64,000 nucleotides of DNA. Source: Candidatus Latescibacterota bacterium (GTDB lineage Bacteria > Latescibacterota > UBA2968 > GCA-2709665). Positions 20,120-28,785 of this stretch are shown piece by piece. The translations under genes were made by a program, and so were the position numbers. The stretch covers positions 2,048,001 to 2,112,000 of the forward strand of contig OZ220733.1 in the NCBI GenBank assembly GCA_965116875.1, written 5' to 3'. The notes beneath the pieces were generated by a model. The model did not search any database. It was not told the DNA's origin and worked only from the letters and a program-made list of their open reading frames with translations. How positions within the stretch are numbered: the first letter of the stretch is position 1; every line of letters begins with the position of its first letter.

Positions 20120-20287
20120 AGATCCTTCGTCGGCCTGGCACCCCATCGGGATGACCGTACGAAGAACGTGTGACGGACGCGTTTCGCCTATGTCGTGCGC
20201 AGGCCTCCTCTGGATGACAGCGGGAAGAAACACGCTTGCATATGGGCCAACATGTCATTCTGAGCGGAGTCGAAGAATCTCCCGTCT
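20120..20287. repeat. REP-like pair of the AGATYCTTCG...GATGACA family
   Basis: TGTCATTCTGAGCGGAGTCGAAGAATCTCCCGTCT at 20253-20287 (copy at 31442-31475); an expanded inverted partner AGATCCTTCG...GGATGACA at 20120-20219. Confidence 0.65.
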
Positions 20288-20520
20288 CGATTAGACGTGT
20301 CGCAGATGCTCTTTGAAGACGAACCTGTGCGCGGACGCTTTGCCAGACTCTCCTCCTCATCTGCATAACATTCGGCCGAAAGTGTGAACGATACATTTCG
20401 CCAATCGTTGTGGGCGAATTTTCCATCCGTATATTTCGTACACTTTCGCATCTTTCGTAGGTTACCACACCCGTTTTTGGACAGGTGTGATATGAGATAA
20501 AACCAACAAAGGTTTTAGAG

Positions 20521-20547
20521 GGTGGGGCGGACATTCCTGTCTGCCCG
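20521..20547. repeat. REP-like palindrome GGCGGACATTCCTGTCTGCCC
   Basis: Reverse-complement copy at about 31542-31567. Confidence 0.7.
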
Positions 20548-20601
20548 CATCGCCAGCCCTATCGCGTAGATGTCACACTCACAGGTTTTTAAAACGCGGG
20601 A

Positions 20602-21720
20602 ATGGAGATGATCGGCAGATTCCTCATAGCGTTGTTTGTCGTCACGAACTTCTGGGCTTGCGGAAGCGATTCGGTGATGATGCCGGACCTTGAACGGGGT
20701 CTCCACGAGGTTGGAAATCTGACACGACCCAGGAATCTGCATGTCGCGACACGACTGCAGAATGGCAAGGTCCTGATTGCCGGCGGCAACGCGGCACTAC
20801 CTCCTGCCGGAGAAGGTGTTGTGGAGCAGGATCTTATTGTCAGCGCGGAGATTTTCGATCCGGAAACGGGGGTCTCAACGCCTACGGGAGACCTGTCCGC
20901 CGGTCGCAGCAAGGACCACGGAATATTGCTTCCCGACAGTCGGGTTCTGATTATATCCAGTTGGTTAAGACTCCCTATTCAGATGTACGATCCTTATTCC
21001 GGCAGGTTCGACGCCGTTGCAGACGCACCCTTCACTTTCGGCACCCGGACTGCCACCCTGTTGCCCAACGGAGAGGTCCTTTTAATCAGCGGGCACCCCG
21101 GGGGTGGACGATGGCGTGTTTTCGATTCCGCTACAGGCACACTTTCCGACACCTTCGCGATGGACCATCCAGGATTTGGGCATACGGCGACTTTGTTGAA
21201 GGACGGCCGCGTGCTGATCGTTGGAGGAAAACCTTTCGGAGGGGAATGGTTGCGGGGACAGAATTTCATCTACGATCCCTCGTCCGAAACCTTTTCAGAA
21301 GCAGGCAGCCTTCAGGTCGACCGCATGCGCCATAAGGCGGTGCTCCTTCAGGACGGCAGGGTAATGATCGTCGGCGGCTACAGGCGAGACGGGCGTCGCG
21401 CACAGACGCCCGAGATCTATAATCCCGAGACAAACACTTTCTCGCCCGCCGGAACTTCCGTAATGGATCCCCTGGCCGCCCTGCTGCTGCCGTCCGGCAG
21501 GGTGTTTTTCATCCACCGGGACAACGGCAATATCGCACTGTACAATCCGGACACGCAGGTATTTTCGCCTACGGGACACAGCATAGGACCGTGGCGATCC
21601 GGGCAGACTGTTACGCTCCTCGATAACGGCCGCGTCGTTATCGCCGGCGGATTGAAGACGGCGGATGGCGGTCATACTCCTGAGTCGATTACGGATCAGA
21701 TTTTCATCTTCACGCCTTAG
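20602..21720 (+). CDS. Kelch-repeat beta-propeller lipoprotein 2
   Basis: Lipobox FWA-C; HTATLLKDGRVLIVGG repeats; collinear paralogue of 11205..12335 (FxPTGHSIG, DQI at the C-terminus). Confidence 0.88.
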   Translation: MEMIGRFLIALFVVTNFWACGSDSVMMPDLERGLHEVGNLTRPRNLHVATRLQNGKVLIAGGNAALPPAGEGVVEQDLIVSAEIFDPETGVSTPTGDLSAGRSKDHGILLPDSRVLIISSWLRLPIQMYDPYSGRFDAVADAPFTFGTRTATLLPNGEVLLISGHPGGGRWRVFDSATGTLSDTFAMDHPGFGHTATLLKDGRVLIVGGKPFGGEWLRGQNFIYDPSSETFSEAGSLQVDRMRHKAVLLQDGRVMIVGGYRRDGRRAQTPEIYNPETNTFSPAGTSVMDPLAALLLPSGRVFFIHRDNGNIALYNPDTQVFSPTGHSIGPWRSGQTVTLLDNGRVVIAGGLKTADGGHTPESITDQIFIFTP

Positions 21721-22063
21721 CCTGCATCATTCAATAAACAGGCAACTGGTGTTCCATTACCCATCGACGTGCTGACCTCGCCTTCACGTTTGCATCGAAA
21801 CGACCAATGGCCAAGGAGGCGTTTGTGCTTTCGATAGCGGCATTCAGGGCAACCTCACGCCACGGCGCTATCGTGTTCCCAGCACACACCCCACAAACGG
21901 CGTGAACGCGCCAAATCCGTCACCGCCCTTGCTCTTTCGTTTCTCGTTTCATCCGGAAATTCTTTCTGCTTCCGTAAAATCCATTATCCGTCGATTCCTG
22001 AATGAATCAGGTTAGAATCTACTTTCTGCATTCCGCGAGAAAATCCCGAAGATCTGGAACCCA

Positions 22064-25000
22064 ATGCATCAATCCAATCCATCCCGTCCACAAATCCCTC
22101 TCGTCTTCGGCAGCATTCTGACGGCGATGTTTCGTTCAATGCCGATCTGGACGATTCTGACACTCGGAACTTCCGACGCATTGTCGCAACAGACCTTTGT
22201 GGTCGACCCGTCGAACGAGAAGAGAGCCTGGACGGTCACATGGTCTGAGGGACCGGTGAGCTTGACTGAAGTGTGGGTAGAGGCGTCCGAAGCGACCCGC
22301 CGTCTGGGCACATTTCCCGGTGAGTCGGGTGGATTGGCGTGGAATTCGGCGAGTGACGGGCTCTTCTACCACGAGAAACCATTTGAAACAAAGATGATCG
22401 GTATCTCTCTGATGGAACGAAGGTCGTCCCCACTGTCAACTCCGCGCATCTGGGAGATCCCCGTCGGTCCAGGTCCAATACGTACCATCCCGGACAGAAA
22501 CGTCAGTGATACAGGCGCAGGCAAGGCACACACATTCGTCACCAGCGATCCGGGTCCCGCGTCCAAAGAGACATTGGCCGCGCTGCAAGCTCTGGGGACC
22601 GCATTTCAGACAGCCGCGCTGGCCTACACCGCCCTGCACCAATGGGACTTCGAAAGCGCCTCAGACAAGTATCGCATGGCGGCTTCAGTTTTCGAGGCCC
22701 TGCGCCGCCGCCATGGGACGGTTGGATTCTATGCGGAACCGATCGCCGCGTACCTGCGCGAACTGAAACGACGAGCAATGGATGCTCAAAAAAACGGCGC
22801 GCGTTGGGTTTGCCGAGACCATCTAAGGGTTCTCGCGGATCTCTTCCTTACCTATGCCGATGCGCACGAGGGACGTCGCCCGGAAACCCTTCCATTGCTC
22901 AAGTCCTGGGTAGCGGAGCAAGTTTCATCAAAGCAAGACCTGGATGTTCTCAATACTCTGTTTCGCTCTCCTGCGGATCCCGAATCCGGTCGCGAGTTCA
23001 GCTACTTCTACCGTGTTGACGCGTCCCCAAGCCAGGCGGTATTGACCAGCTATTTCTTTAAAGGACGGCTGGTGGAACTGGTTCACGATCCGGGTGGAGA
23101 CGTGGTACAGGACAGATCCGTTGATCGCGCGCAGGTCGACTCACTTCTTTCCGCGGGGTTGGCTCTGTTGGAATCCAGGAATCCGCTTTCGCCCCAAGCG
23201 TTGGAAATGGTAACGCGGGTCGCGCCTCGTTTCGCATTGGGACATTCAAAAGCGGGCTATGCCTATCTGGAATCGGGGCAACTGAAGAAAGCGCTGGCAT
23301 CGTTCGAACGGGCGACCCGATTGGATCACAGACTGGCCGAAGCGTACAACGGACTGGGCCTCGTGTTTCAACAGCGCCCGAAAGCACGGCACGACGCCAT
23401 TCGATATTTCCAGAAAGCGCTCCAGTACGACCGGGACTATATCGAAGCGCGATTCAACATTGCGAAGATCAGGTATACGCTAAAGGAGTACGACGTAAAG
23501 AGTGACTGTGAGAAGCTGCTCGAAATGGATCCGACGTTCGGGCCTGCCCATTTGCTCCTGGGAGAGTGGTACGAGACTTTCCACAAGGATTATGAACGCG
23601 CGGCGCTCCACTACGCCCAGTACATGTCCCTGCGTCCGGATGACCCGCGGGGCCGGAACCGATTGGCGGCTGTCTACCTGAAATCCCGGGAATATGCCAG
23701 GATCGTCGAACTCCTGGAAAGCTACGCCCGCGAGCATCCGGATGACGCTGAAATCCTTCCCATATTGGCGCAGGCCTGTCTTAAACTGGGAGCCCTCGAT
23801 CAGGCTGATGTATACTTCAAGAGGTATCTGGAGAGTTTGGGCGCTGAGGAACGTGCACTGTTCGGCGATATCCGTCTCGTGGCGTCGGACATCGAGATGG
23901 CGGCCTTTGAAGCGTCGCCGGAAACGTTAAAGGGGGCGTTCCTGGAAAGGTTCTGGATTGAAAAAGACCCTGATTTAACGACGTCGGCCAACGAACGTAA
24001 GCTGGAGCATTATCGCCGGGTGTGGTACGCTCGCCGCAGCTTTTCGTCTGGTCGACACCCCTGGGACCGCCGCGGCGACGTGTACGTGCGTTTCGGAGAG
24101 CCGGATTATCGTTCGCGGTCCGATATGATGAACGTGGATCAGAGCCTTGCCGTCCAGCGGGTCAAGGAACGCCTTGCCCGTGCGATATATGGTACTTCGG
24201 TGCCTGCGAAATACTTTCTCAAGCCGGCTGAGGACGCAAAGGGGATTCGGCACATTGCTGGAGATTACAAGCTTCAAACGTCTCCTTTCGAGTCCATTTA
24301 TCCCGGCCCGGTCTATCCCGTTCAAAGCCTGCGGCAGTCTTTGGGCGAAGGCCCCGAATTCAGCGCAGAACTCAAGGACGATCCTGGAAGTAACACACAC
24401 GCCAGCGATGCCCTTCCTCCCACGAACTACAGGCCGGTCTCCAGCGAGGAAGATGCGTCTATGGTTGCCTGGGAGACCTGGGTCTACGTGGACGTCGGCG
24501 GCGGAATCGAAATCACGTTTACGGATGAATTCCAAAACGGGATCTACGACTATGCGCCGTCCCCTTCGGATGCTCGGATACCCGTCCGACAGCAGGCAAG
24601 TCTGAATCGCTACAATCCGAGGACCGTCACCGCCCAAGCCGCCAGCGCAACGCCCAACTATTATCAGTTCGAAGCCAATGAAGATCCTTTCACGTTCTAT
24701 TACGATCTGGCGGATTTTCGACGGGACGACCGATCCTCATTGGAAGTTTATCTGGGCGTTCCTCACGTTACGGGACACTACCGGCAGGAGGCGAACGAAA
24801 CCCGGATTGAAATTGAACGGACCGTCGCGCTACTCAACAGGCAGACCGGTGAAATCTACCGGAGAGACGGACAGCTCACCTTCGAGAACGACGGCGACCT
24901 TACCGGGAGGCGAGACGGCTTCGTACCGGATATGATTCGTCTGGCCATTCCGCCGGGGCGTTATCTGATGGAGGTGGGGGTAAAGGACCGATTGTCCCAG

Positions 25001-25504
25001 AATCGGGGCAGATATCGTCAGGAGGTAATCGTAGAACCGTACGGAAGGCAAGGCTTACAGATCAGCGACCTGCAACTCGCCTGGCGCATTGAAACAGAGC
25101 TGACAGGATCCAGATTCAGCAAGGGTGAAGTGCGCGTGATTCCAATGCCCACGAGGACCTACGGGTCAGGCCAGAGCGTATTCGTCTACTACGAAATCTA
25201 CAATCTGTCGAAGGACGAATTCGGGCAGACGAATTACACTGTATCCTATACCATCACATCCAAAGACACACCCGGCACGGTGAGCGACATTTCGCGGCTG
25301 TTCAGGTGGCGAACCGGAATACGCGAAGAACTGGCCGTCACGTACGAGCAGCAGGGCGGGTCTGGCGACGAAGTCGAATACGTGGAAATCGAACTGGAGA
25401 ACCGTCCGGTGGGGAAATACCTGTTGAGAGTAACCGTCGTGGACCGGAACAGCGGGGAAACCGTTGAGAAGGGCGCTGTATTTCTTATCGCGAAAACGGA
25501 TTGA
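22064..25504 (+). CDS. TPR + GWxTD-type protein #4
   Basis: 1146 aa; closest to #3 (ARWVCRDHL, LFRSPADPE, PWDRRGDVYVRFGEPD). Exact start uncertain. Confidence 0.85.
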   Translation: MHQSNPSRPQIPLVFGSILTAMFRSMPIWTILTLGTSDALSQQTFVVDPSNEKRAWTVTWSEGPVSLTEVWVEASEATRRLGTFPGESGGLAWNSASDGLFYHEKPFETKMIGISLMERRSSPLSTPRIWEIPVGPGPIRTIPDRNVSDTGAGKAHTFVTSDPGPASKETLAALQALGTAFQTAALAYTALHQWDFESASDKYRMAASVFEALRRRHGTVGFYAEPIAAYLRELKRRAMDAQKNGARWVCRDHLRVLADLFLTYADAHEGRRPETLPLLKSWVAEQVSSKQDLDVLNTLFRSPADPESGREFSYFYRVDASPSQAVLTSYFFKGRLVELVHDPGGDVVQDRSVDRAQVDSLLSAGLALLESRNPLSPQALEMVTRVAPRFALGHSKAGYAYLESGQLKKALASFERATRLDHRLAEAYNGLGLVFQQRPKARHDAIRYFQKALQYDRDYIEARFNIAKIRYTLKEYDVKSDCEKLLEMDPTFGPAHLLLGEWYETFHKDYERAALHYAQYMSLRPDDPRGRNRLAAVYLKSREYARIVELLESYAREHPDDAEILPILAQACLKLGALDQADVYFKRYLESLGAEERALFGDIRLVASDIEMAAFEASPETLKGAFLERFWIEKDPDLTTSANERKLEHYRRVWYARRSFSSGRHPWDRRGDVYVRFGEPDYRSRSDMMNVDQSLAVQRVKERLARAIYGTSVPAKYFLKPAEDAKGIRHIAGDYKLQTSPFESIYPGPVYPVQSLRQSLGEGPEFSAELKDDPGSNTHASDALPPTNYRPVSSEEDASMVAWETWVYVDVGGGIEITFTDEFQNGIYDYAPSPSDARIPVRQQASLNRYNPRTVTAQAASATPNYYQFEANEDPFTFYYDLADFRRDDRSSLEVYLGVPHVTGHYRQEANETRIEIERTVALLNRQTGEIYRRDGQLTFENDGDLTGRRDGFVPDMIRLAIPPGRYLMEVGVKDRLSQNRGRYRQEVIVEPYGRQGLQISDLQLAWRIETELTGSRFSKGEVRVIPMPTRTYGSGQSVFVYYEIYNLSKDEFGQTNYTVSYTITSKDTPGTVSDISRLFRWRTGIREELAVTYEQQGGSGDEVEYVEIELENRPVGKYLLRVTVVDRNSGETVEKGAVFLIAKTD

Positions 25505-25588
25505 GGGATAGTCGCGAGTGTTGCGCGCGAACAACAGTAATCCGGAAAGAGAATTCGCGGCAGGATAGATCGGAAAGGACCAGGAACG

Positions 25589-27994
25589 ATGTTAGGCAAC
25601 TACATGACACTTGCTTTCAGAAGCATACTCAAGAATAAACTGACTTCGTTGATCAATCTCGGAGGTTTGTCAGTTGCCCTGGCATTCGGCACGCTGGCGG
25701 TCGTATTCGCATATAATGAATTGACCTACGATCTCTTTCATGTCAATGCCGATCGCATCTACAGAATCCAGCAGAGAACCGGTGAACAAATCATGAGCCG
25801 TACGGCATGGCCTCTCGGGCCCGCCATTGCCAATGAAATTCCGGATGCCACGGTTGTGAGGGTTTTTAAATCCGGCGGTTCTGTGGCATACGGAGAGAAA
25901 TCGTCCAGATTCCGGGTGAGTTACGTGGATCCCTCGTTTCTCGATGTCTTTTCATTTCCGATGGCACGGGGAGATGCATCAACCGCGCTTCACGATGTGC
26001 GTTCGATTGTGGTCACCGAGAGGGTTGCGAGAAAACTGTTTCCAGGCGAAGACCCGCTGGGCAAGATCGTGACTATCAACAAGAAAGATGCCTATACGGT
26101 TACCGGGGTCCTGTCAGGACTTCCGGAGAATTCAAGCATTGTGTTCGATTGTTTGGTACCCGCCCACGCTGCAGACAAGCTACTGAATTCGTGGGCATCC
26201 GTGAGAGTTCGAATGGTGCGCGAAGATTCGTCTGACAAGGTTCCCGGTGAAATTCCTGATTTGTCGTGGATGATTCAAGTTGCCACGACGTACGTATACT
26301 TGCCCGAACATCTGCGCCCTCGAAACGTCGAAGAGAGGCTCCCCAAGGTCGTTCAGAGAGCGTGGGGGCGGCAAGCAACCGGCAACATAAAGATGACGCT
26401 GCAGCCTTTACGGGAAGTACGTTTCGACAGGCACACCCAGGGAGTCGAACGAGCGAGCAATCCTGTGTACATCTACGTCTTTCTCGGAATCGCGCTCGTT
26501 GTGATTACGATTACGTGCGTCAACTATTCGGCAATGGCCATTGGGCATGCTCTAACGCGTGCAAAGGAAGCGGGTGTGCGCCGGCTCTTCGGTGCCGGCA
26601 GGCGACAGTTTGTCTCTCAATACCTCGCGGAATCTGTCTTCATGGCGCTGATTGCCCTGGTTGTCGGCCTTGCACTGGTGAGCGCGGTATTGCCGCAATT
26701 CAATTCCCTTGTCGGGGCCAGAATCAGCATGATGGGACAGCTGAGTGCAACGACGTTGCTGTGTATCGTTCTTGTCACGCTGACCGTTGGCATATCGGCG
26801 GGCCTCTATCCTGCCCTGGTATTGTCCCGCCTGCAGCCGGCCGACGTCCTCTATTCTCGATCCGAGAGTGTGAATCCCGGTTTTCTCATGCGGCTGCTGC
26901 TTGTCATACAGTTCGCAATGTCGATGATTCTGATCATGGTCGCCGTTGTGATGGCGGCCCAGCTCAATCTTCTTGTAAACTCGAATCCCGGATTCCGCAC
27001 GGATGGCGTTGTTGCGGTCAACACCGGTGAATTGCGGGAAATTTCACCAGACCTCGCGGATGTCTATGCGCGGAAAATAACATCATATCCGAACATTACC
27101 GGGGTCGCTCGGGGGCAACATCCGCTCAGCAACAGAAAATCAATCGGCGGATTTGCCAGAGCTGAGGGCAGGACAGTCCGAGGAGTGGAGACGATCGCGG
27201 TGGATTATGGGTTTTTGCAAACACTCGAGTTTGAGATGCTGGAGGGCAGGGATTTTTCCAGGTTTCTATCGACCGACCAAGACGCCGTCATCATAAACCA
27301 GACCCTCATGAAACAGTTCGGATGGCAAAGCGCTGCAGGCAGAGAAGTGGACTGGAACGGCAATGGAGACGTGCCGATAATCGGGGTGGTCAGAGACTTC
27401 CACTTCAAATCCTTCCACCAACAGGTCGCGCCCGCTGTCATTTTCCTGGAACCTGAGTATTGTGACCTATCTTTTGTTATTTCAGCCTCCAGCGAGGACC
27501 GGGACATTCTCGAAATTCTCCAAAAGGAATGGCATGAAATCGCGCCGTCTCAACCCTTTCGGGCCAGGTTTCTTGAAGATGACCTCAAGAACCAATACAA
27601 AAAGGATGAAAAATGGCTGAATGCCATTCGACTCCCCGCAATTCTCGCATTGGGTCTGGCGTGCCTCGGAGCGTTTGGTCTGACCTCTTTCTCCGTGGCC
27701 AGAAGGACGAAGGAAATCGGAATCCGCAAGGTCTTCGGCACGCCTGTATCCCGTCTGATGGCGCGTCTTTCGATTGACTTCACGAAGATTCTCATCCTGG
27801 CTGCCATCGTCGCCGGACCGATCGCGTACATTGCCTTGAAAGAGTGGCTTCAGAGTTACGTCTATAGAATCGACTTGATCGCACCTATTGTCGCGGGCGC
27901 GGTGTTGACGTCTGCTTTCGTTATGTTCGCGGTCAGTTGCAAGACGTACAGGGCCGCGACCCTGAATCCGGCGAATACGCTTAGAGACGAGTGA
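25589..27994 (+). CDS. ABC transporter permease, duplicated MacB-PCD/FtsX type
   Basis: 801 aa; RAKEAGVRRLFGA and RTKEIGIRKVFG motifs, two TM bundles, C-terminal NPANTLRDE. Confidence 0.92.
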   Translation: MLGNYMTLAFRSILKNKLTSLINLGGLSVALAFGTLAVVFAYNELTYDLFHVNADRIYRIQQRTGEQIMSRTAWPLGPAIANEIPDATVVRVFKSGGSVAYGEKSSRFRVSYVDPSFLDVFSFPMARGDASTALHDVRSIVVTERVARKLFPGEDPLGKIVTINKKDAYTVTGVLSGLPENSSIVFDCLVPAHAADKLLNSWASVRVRMVREDSSDKVPGEIPDLSWMIQVATTYVYLPEHLRPRNVEERLPKVVQRAWGRQATGNIKMTLQPLREVRFDRHTQGVERASNPVYIYVFLGIALVVITITCVNYSAMAIGHALTRAKEAGVRRLFGAGRRQFVSQYLAESVFMALIALVVGLALVSAVLPQFNSLVGARISMMGQLSATTLLCIVLVTLTVGISAGLYPALVLSRLQPADVLYSRSESVNPGFLMRLLLVIQFAMSMILIMVAVVMAAQLNLLVNSNPGFRTDGVVAVNTGELREISPDLADVYARKITSYPNITGVARGQHPLSNRKSIGGFARAEGRTVRGVETIAVDYGFLQTLEFEMLEGRDFSRFLSTDQDAVIINQTLMKQFGWQSAAGREVDWNGNGDVPIIGVVRDFHFKSFHQQVAPAVIFLEPEYCDLSFVISASSEDRDILEILQKEWHEIAPSQPFRARFLEDDLKNQYKKDEKWLNAIRLPAILALGLACLGAFGLTSFSVARRTKEIGIRKVFGTPVSRLMARLSIDFTKILILAAIVAGPIAYIALKEWLQSYVYRIDLIAPIVAGAVLTSAFVMFAVSCKTYRAATLNPANTLRDE

Positions 27995-28070
27995 AAGCGA
28001 GCGACCGAACTCTGCAGGTCCGGAAACTTATTACGGGCAGCACCGTTTATTTTACATCCTCCGCTGCAGC

Positions 28071-28296
28071 GGCTCAGCTTGTCAAAGCGGTCTTCGCGCC
28101 TACCGAAACGTGGTCACTGAGCTTGTCGAAGTGCCCGCGTTTCGGCACTCAGTAGGCTCCATTGGACAGCCCTTCGTCGACCCTTCGACCCTTCGACAAC
28201 CCTTCGGCCCTTCGACAATCCTTCGGCAGGCTCAGGACAACGGCTCAGGGACCGGAGGCTCAGGGAGCGGTTCAGGGCAAGGCTAACGACCTCAGG
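28071..28296. repeat. REP cluster of the CCCTTCGACAAGCTCAGGG family, including a nested array
   Basis: CTGAGCTTGTCGAAG near 28117, then six CCTTCG left halves (28170-28226) followed by six GCTCAGG-like right halves (28230-28296). Confidence 0.75.
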
Positions 28297-28402
28297 TTTG
28301 GGAAGCGCCGTTTGGTTAACATTCTCCTGTGTAATAGAACAAAGACTGTCAACGATTTAACGCTTCCCGTAATAGGACTTGATCTTGTGTCGCTTCGCAT
28401 CC

Positions 28403-28471
28403 AAAATTACCAGTGAAGATAAACATAGATGCCTGGTGGGGCCACGTGAGGCGTTGTTCCGAGTGATTGAT
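28403..28471 (+). pseudogene. Orphan 3' fragment resembling the end of GWxTD #1
   Basis: KITSEDKHRCLVGPREALFRVID aligns without gaps to SVNVRDMHSDQVVSRDALFRVIE; nucleotides CACGTGAGGCGTTGTTCCGAGTGATTGA vs CACGAGACGCATTGTTCCGCGTGATTGA. Confidence 0.7.
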
Positions 28472-28607
28472 AAAGGCGGATTGTATTCTGATGACATTAT
28501 CGAACACATCAAGCCACTGGATGGTCTTGAAGGAATATTGGGAGAACAAGCTTGAGTATACGTGAATGGGACAGACCGGGATTACCAAAGCTCGTTACCC
28601 GAGAGCG

Positions 28608-28645
28608 AAAAGAGTCCGGACAAGGTGATTTCCGGGCTTTTTTTT
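28608..28645 (+). terminator. Rho-independent terminator
   Basis: GAGTCCGGA-loop-TCCGGGCTT stem followed by a T-run. Confidence 0.7.
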
Positions 28646-28785
28646 GAACCTATGGCGCCTGGCCTGTGTCTTTCATGAGGGACGGGCGTGGCGGATGAAA
28701 GAGCCCGTGGGGACTCCGGTGCGCAGGTCCTAATTTTTCCGCGATTCTGAGATTGGTGTTCTCCTTCGTTCGAAAGGGCCGATGT

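Noticed and set aside
19858-20534. Small minus-strand ORFs (79 aa, 199 aa) and 31227..31418 sharing peptide sequence
   Set aside because: The similarity is explained by the underlying DNA repeats; no protein-family features.
21795-21840. Possible third orphan GWxTD tail after Kelch 2 (GCGTTTGTGCTTTCGATAGCG vs #5 end TCGTTTGCAATTCGATAGCG)
   Set aside because: The match is only ~20 nt, needs an indel, and upstream similarity is unconvincing. Worth an nhmmer check but not supportable by eye.
28170-28296. CRISPR array
   Set aside because: Repeats are 7-9 bp halves without 30-40 bp spacers; no cas genes.
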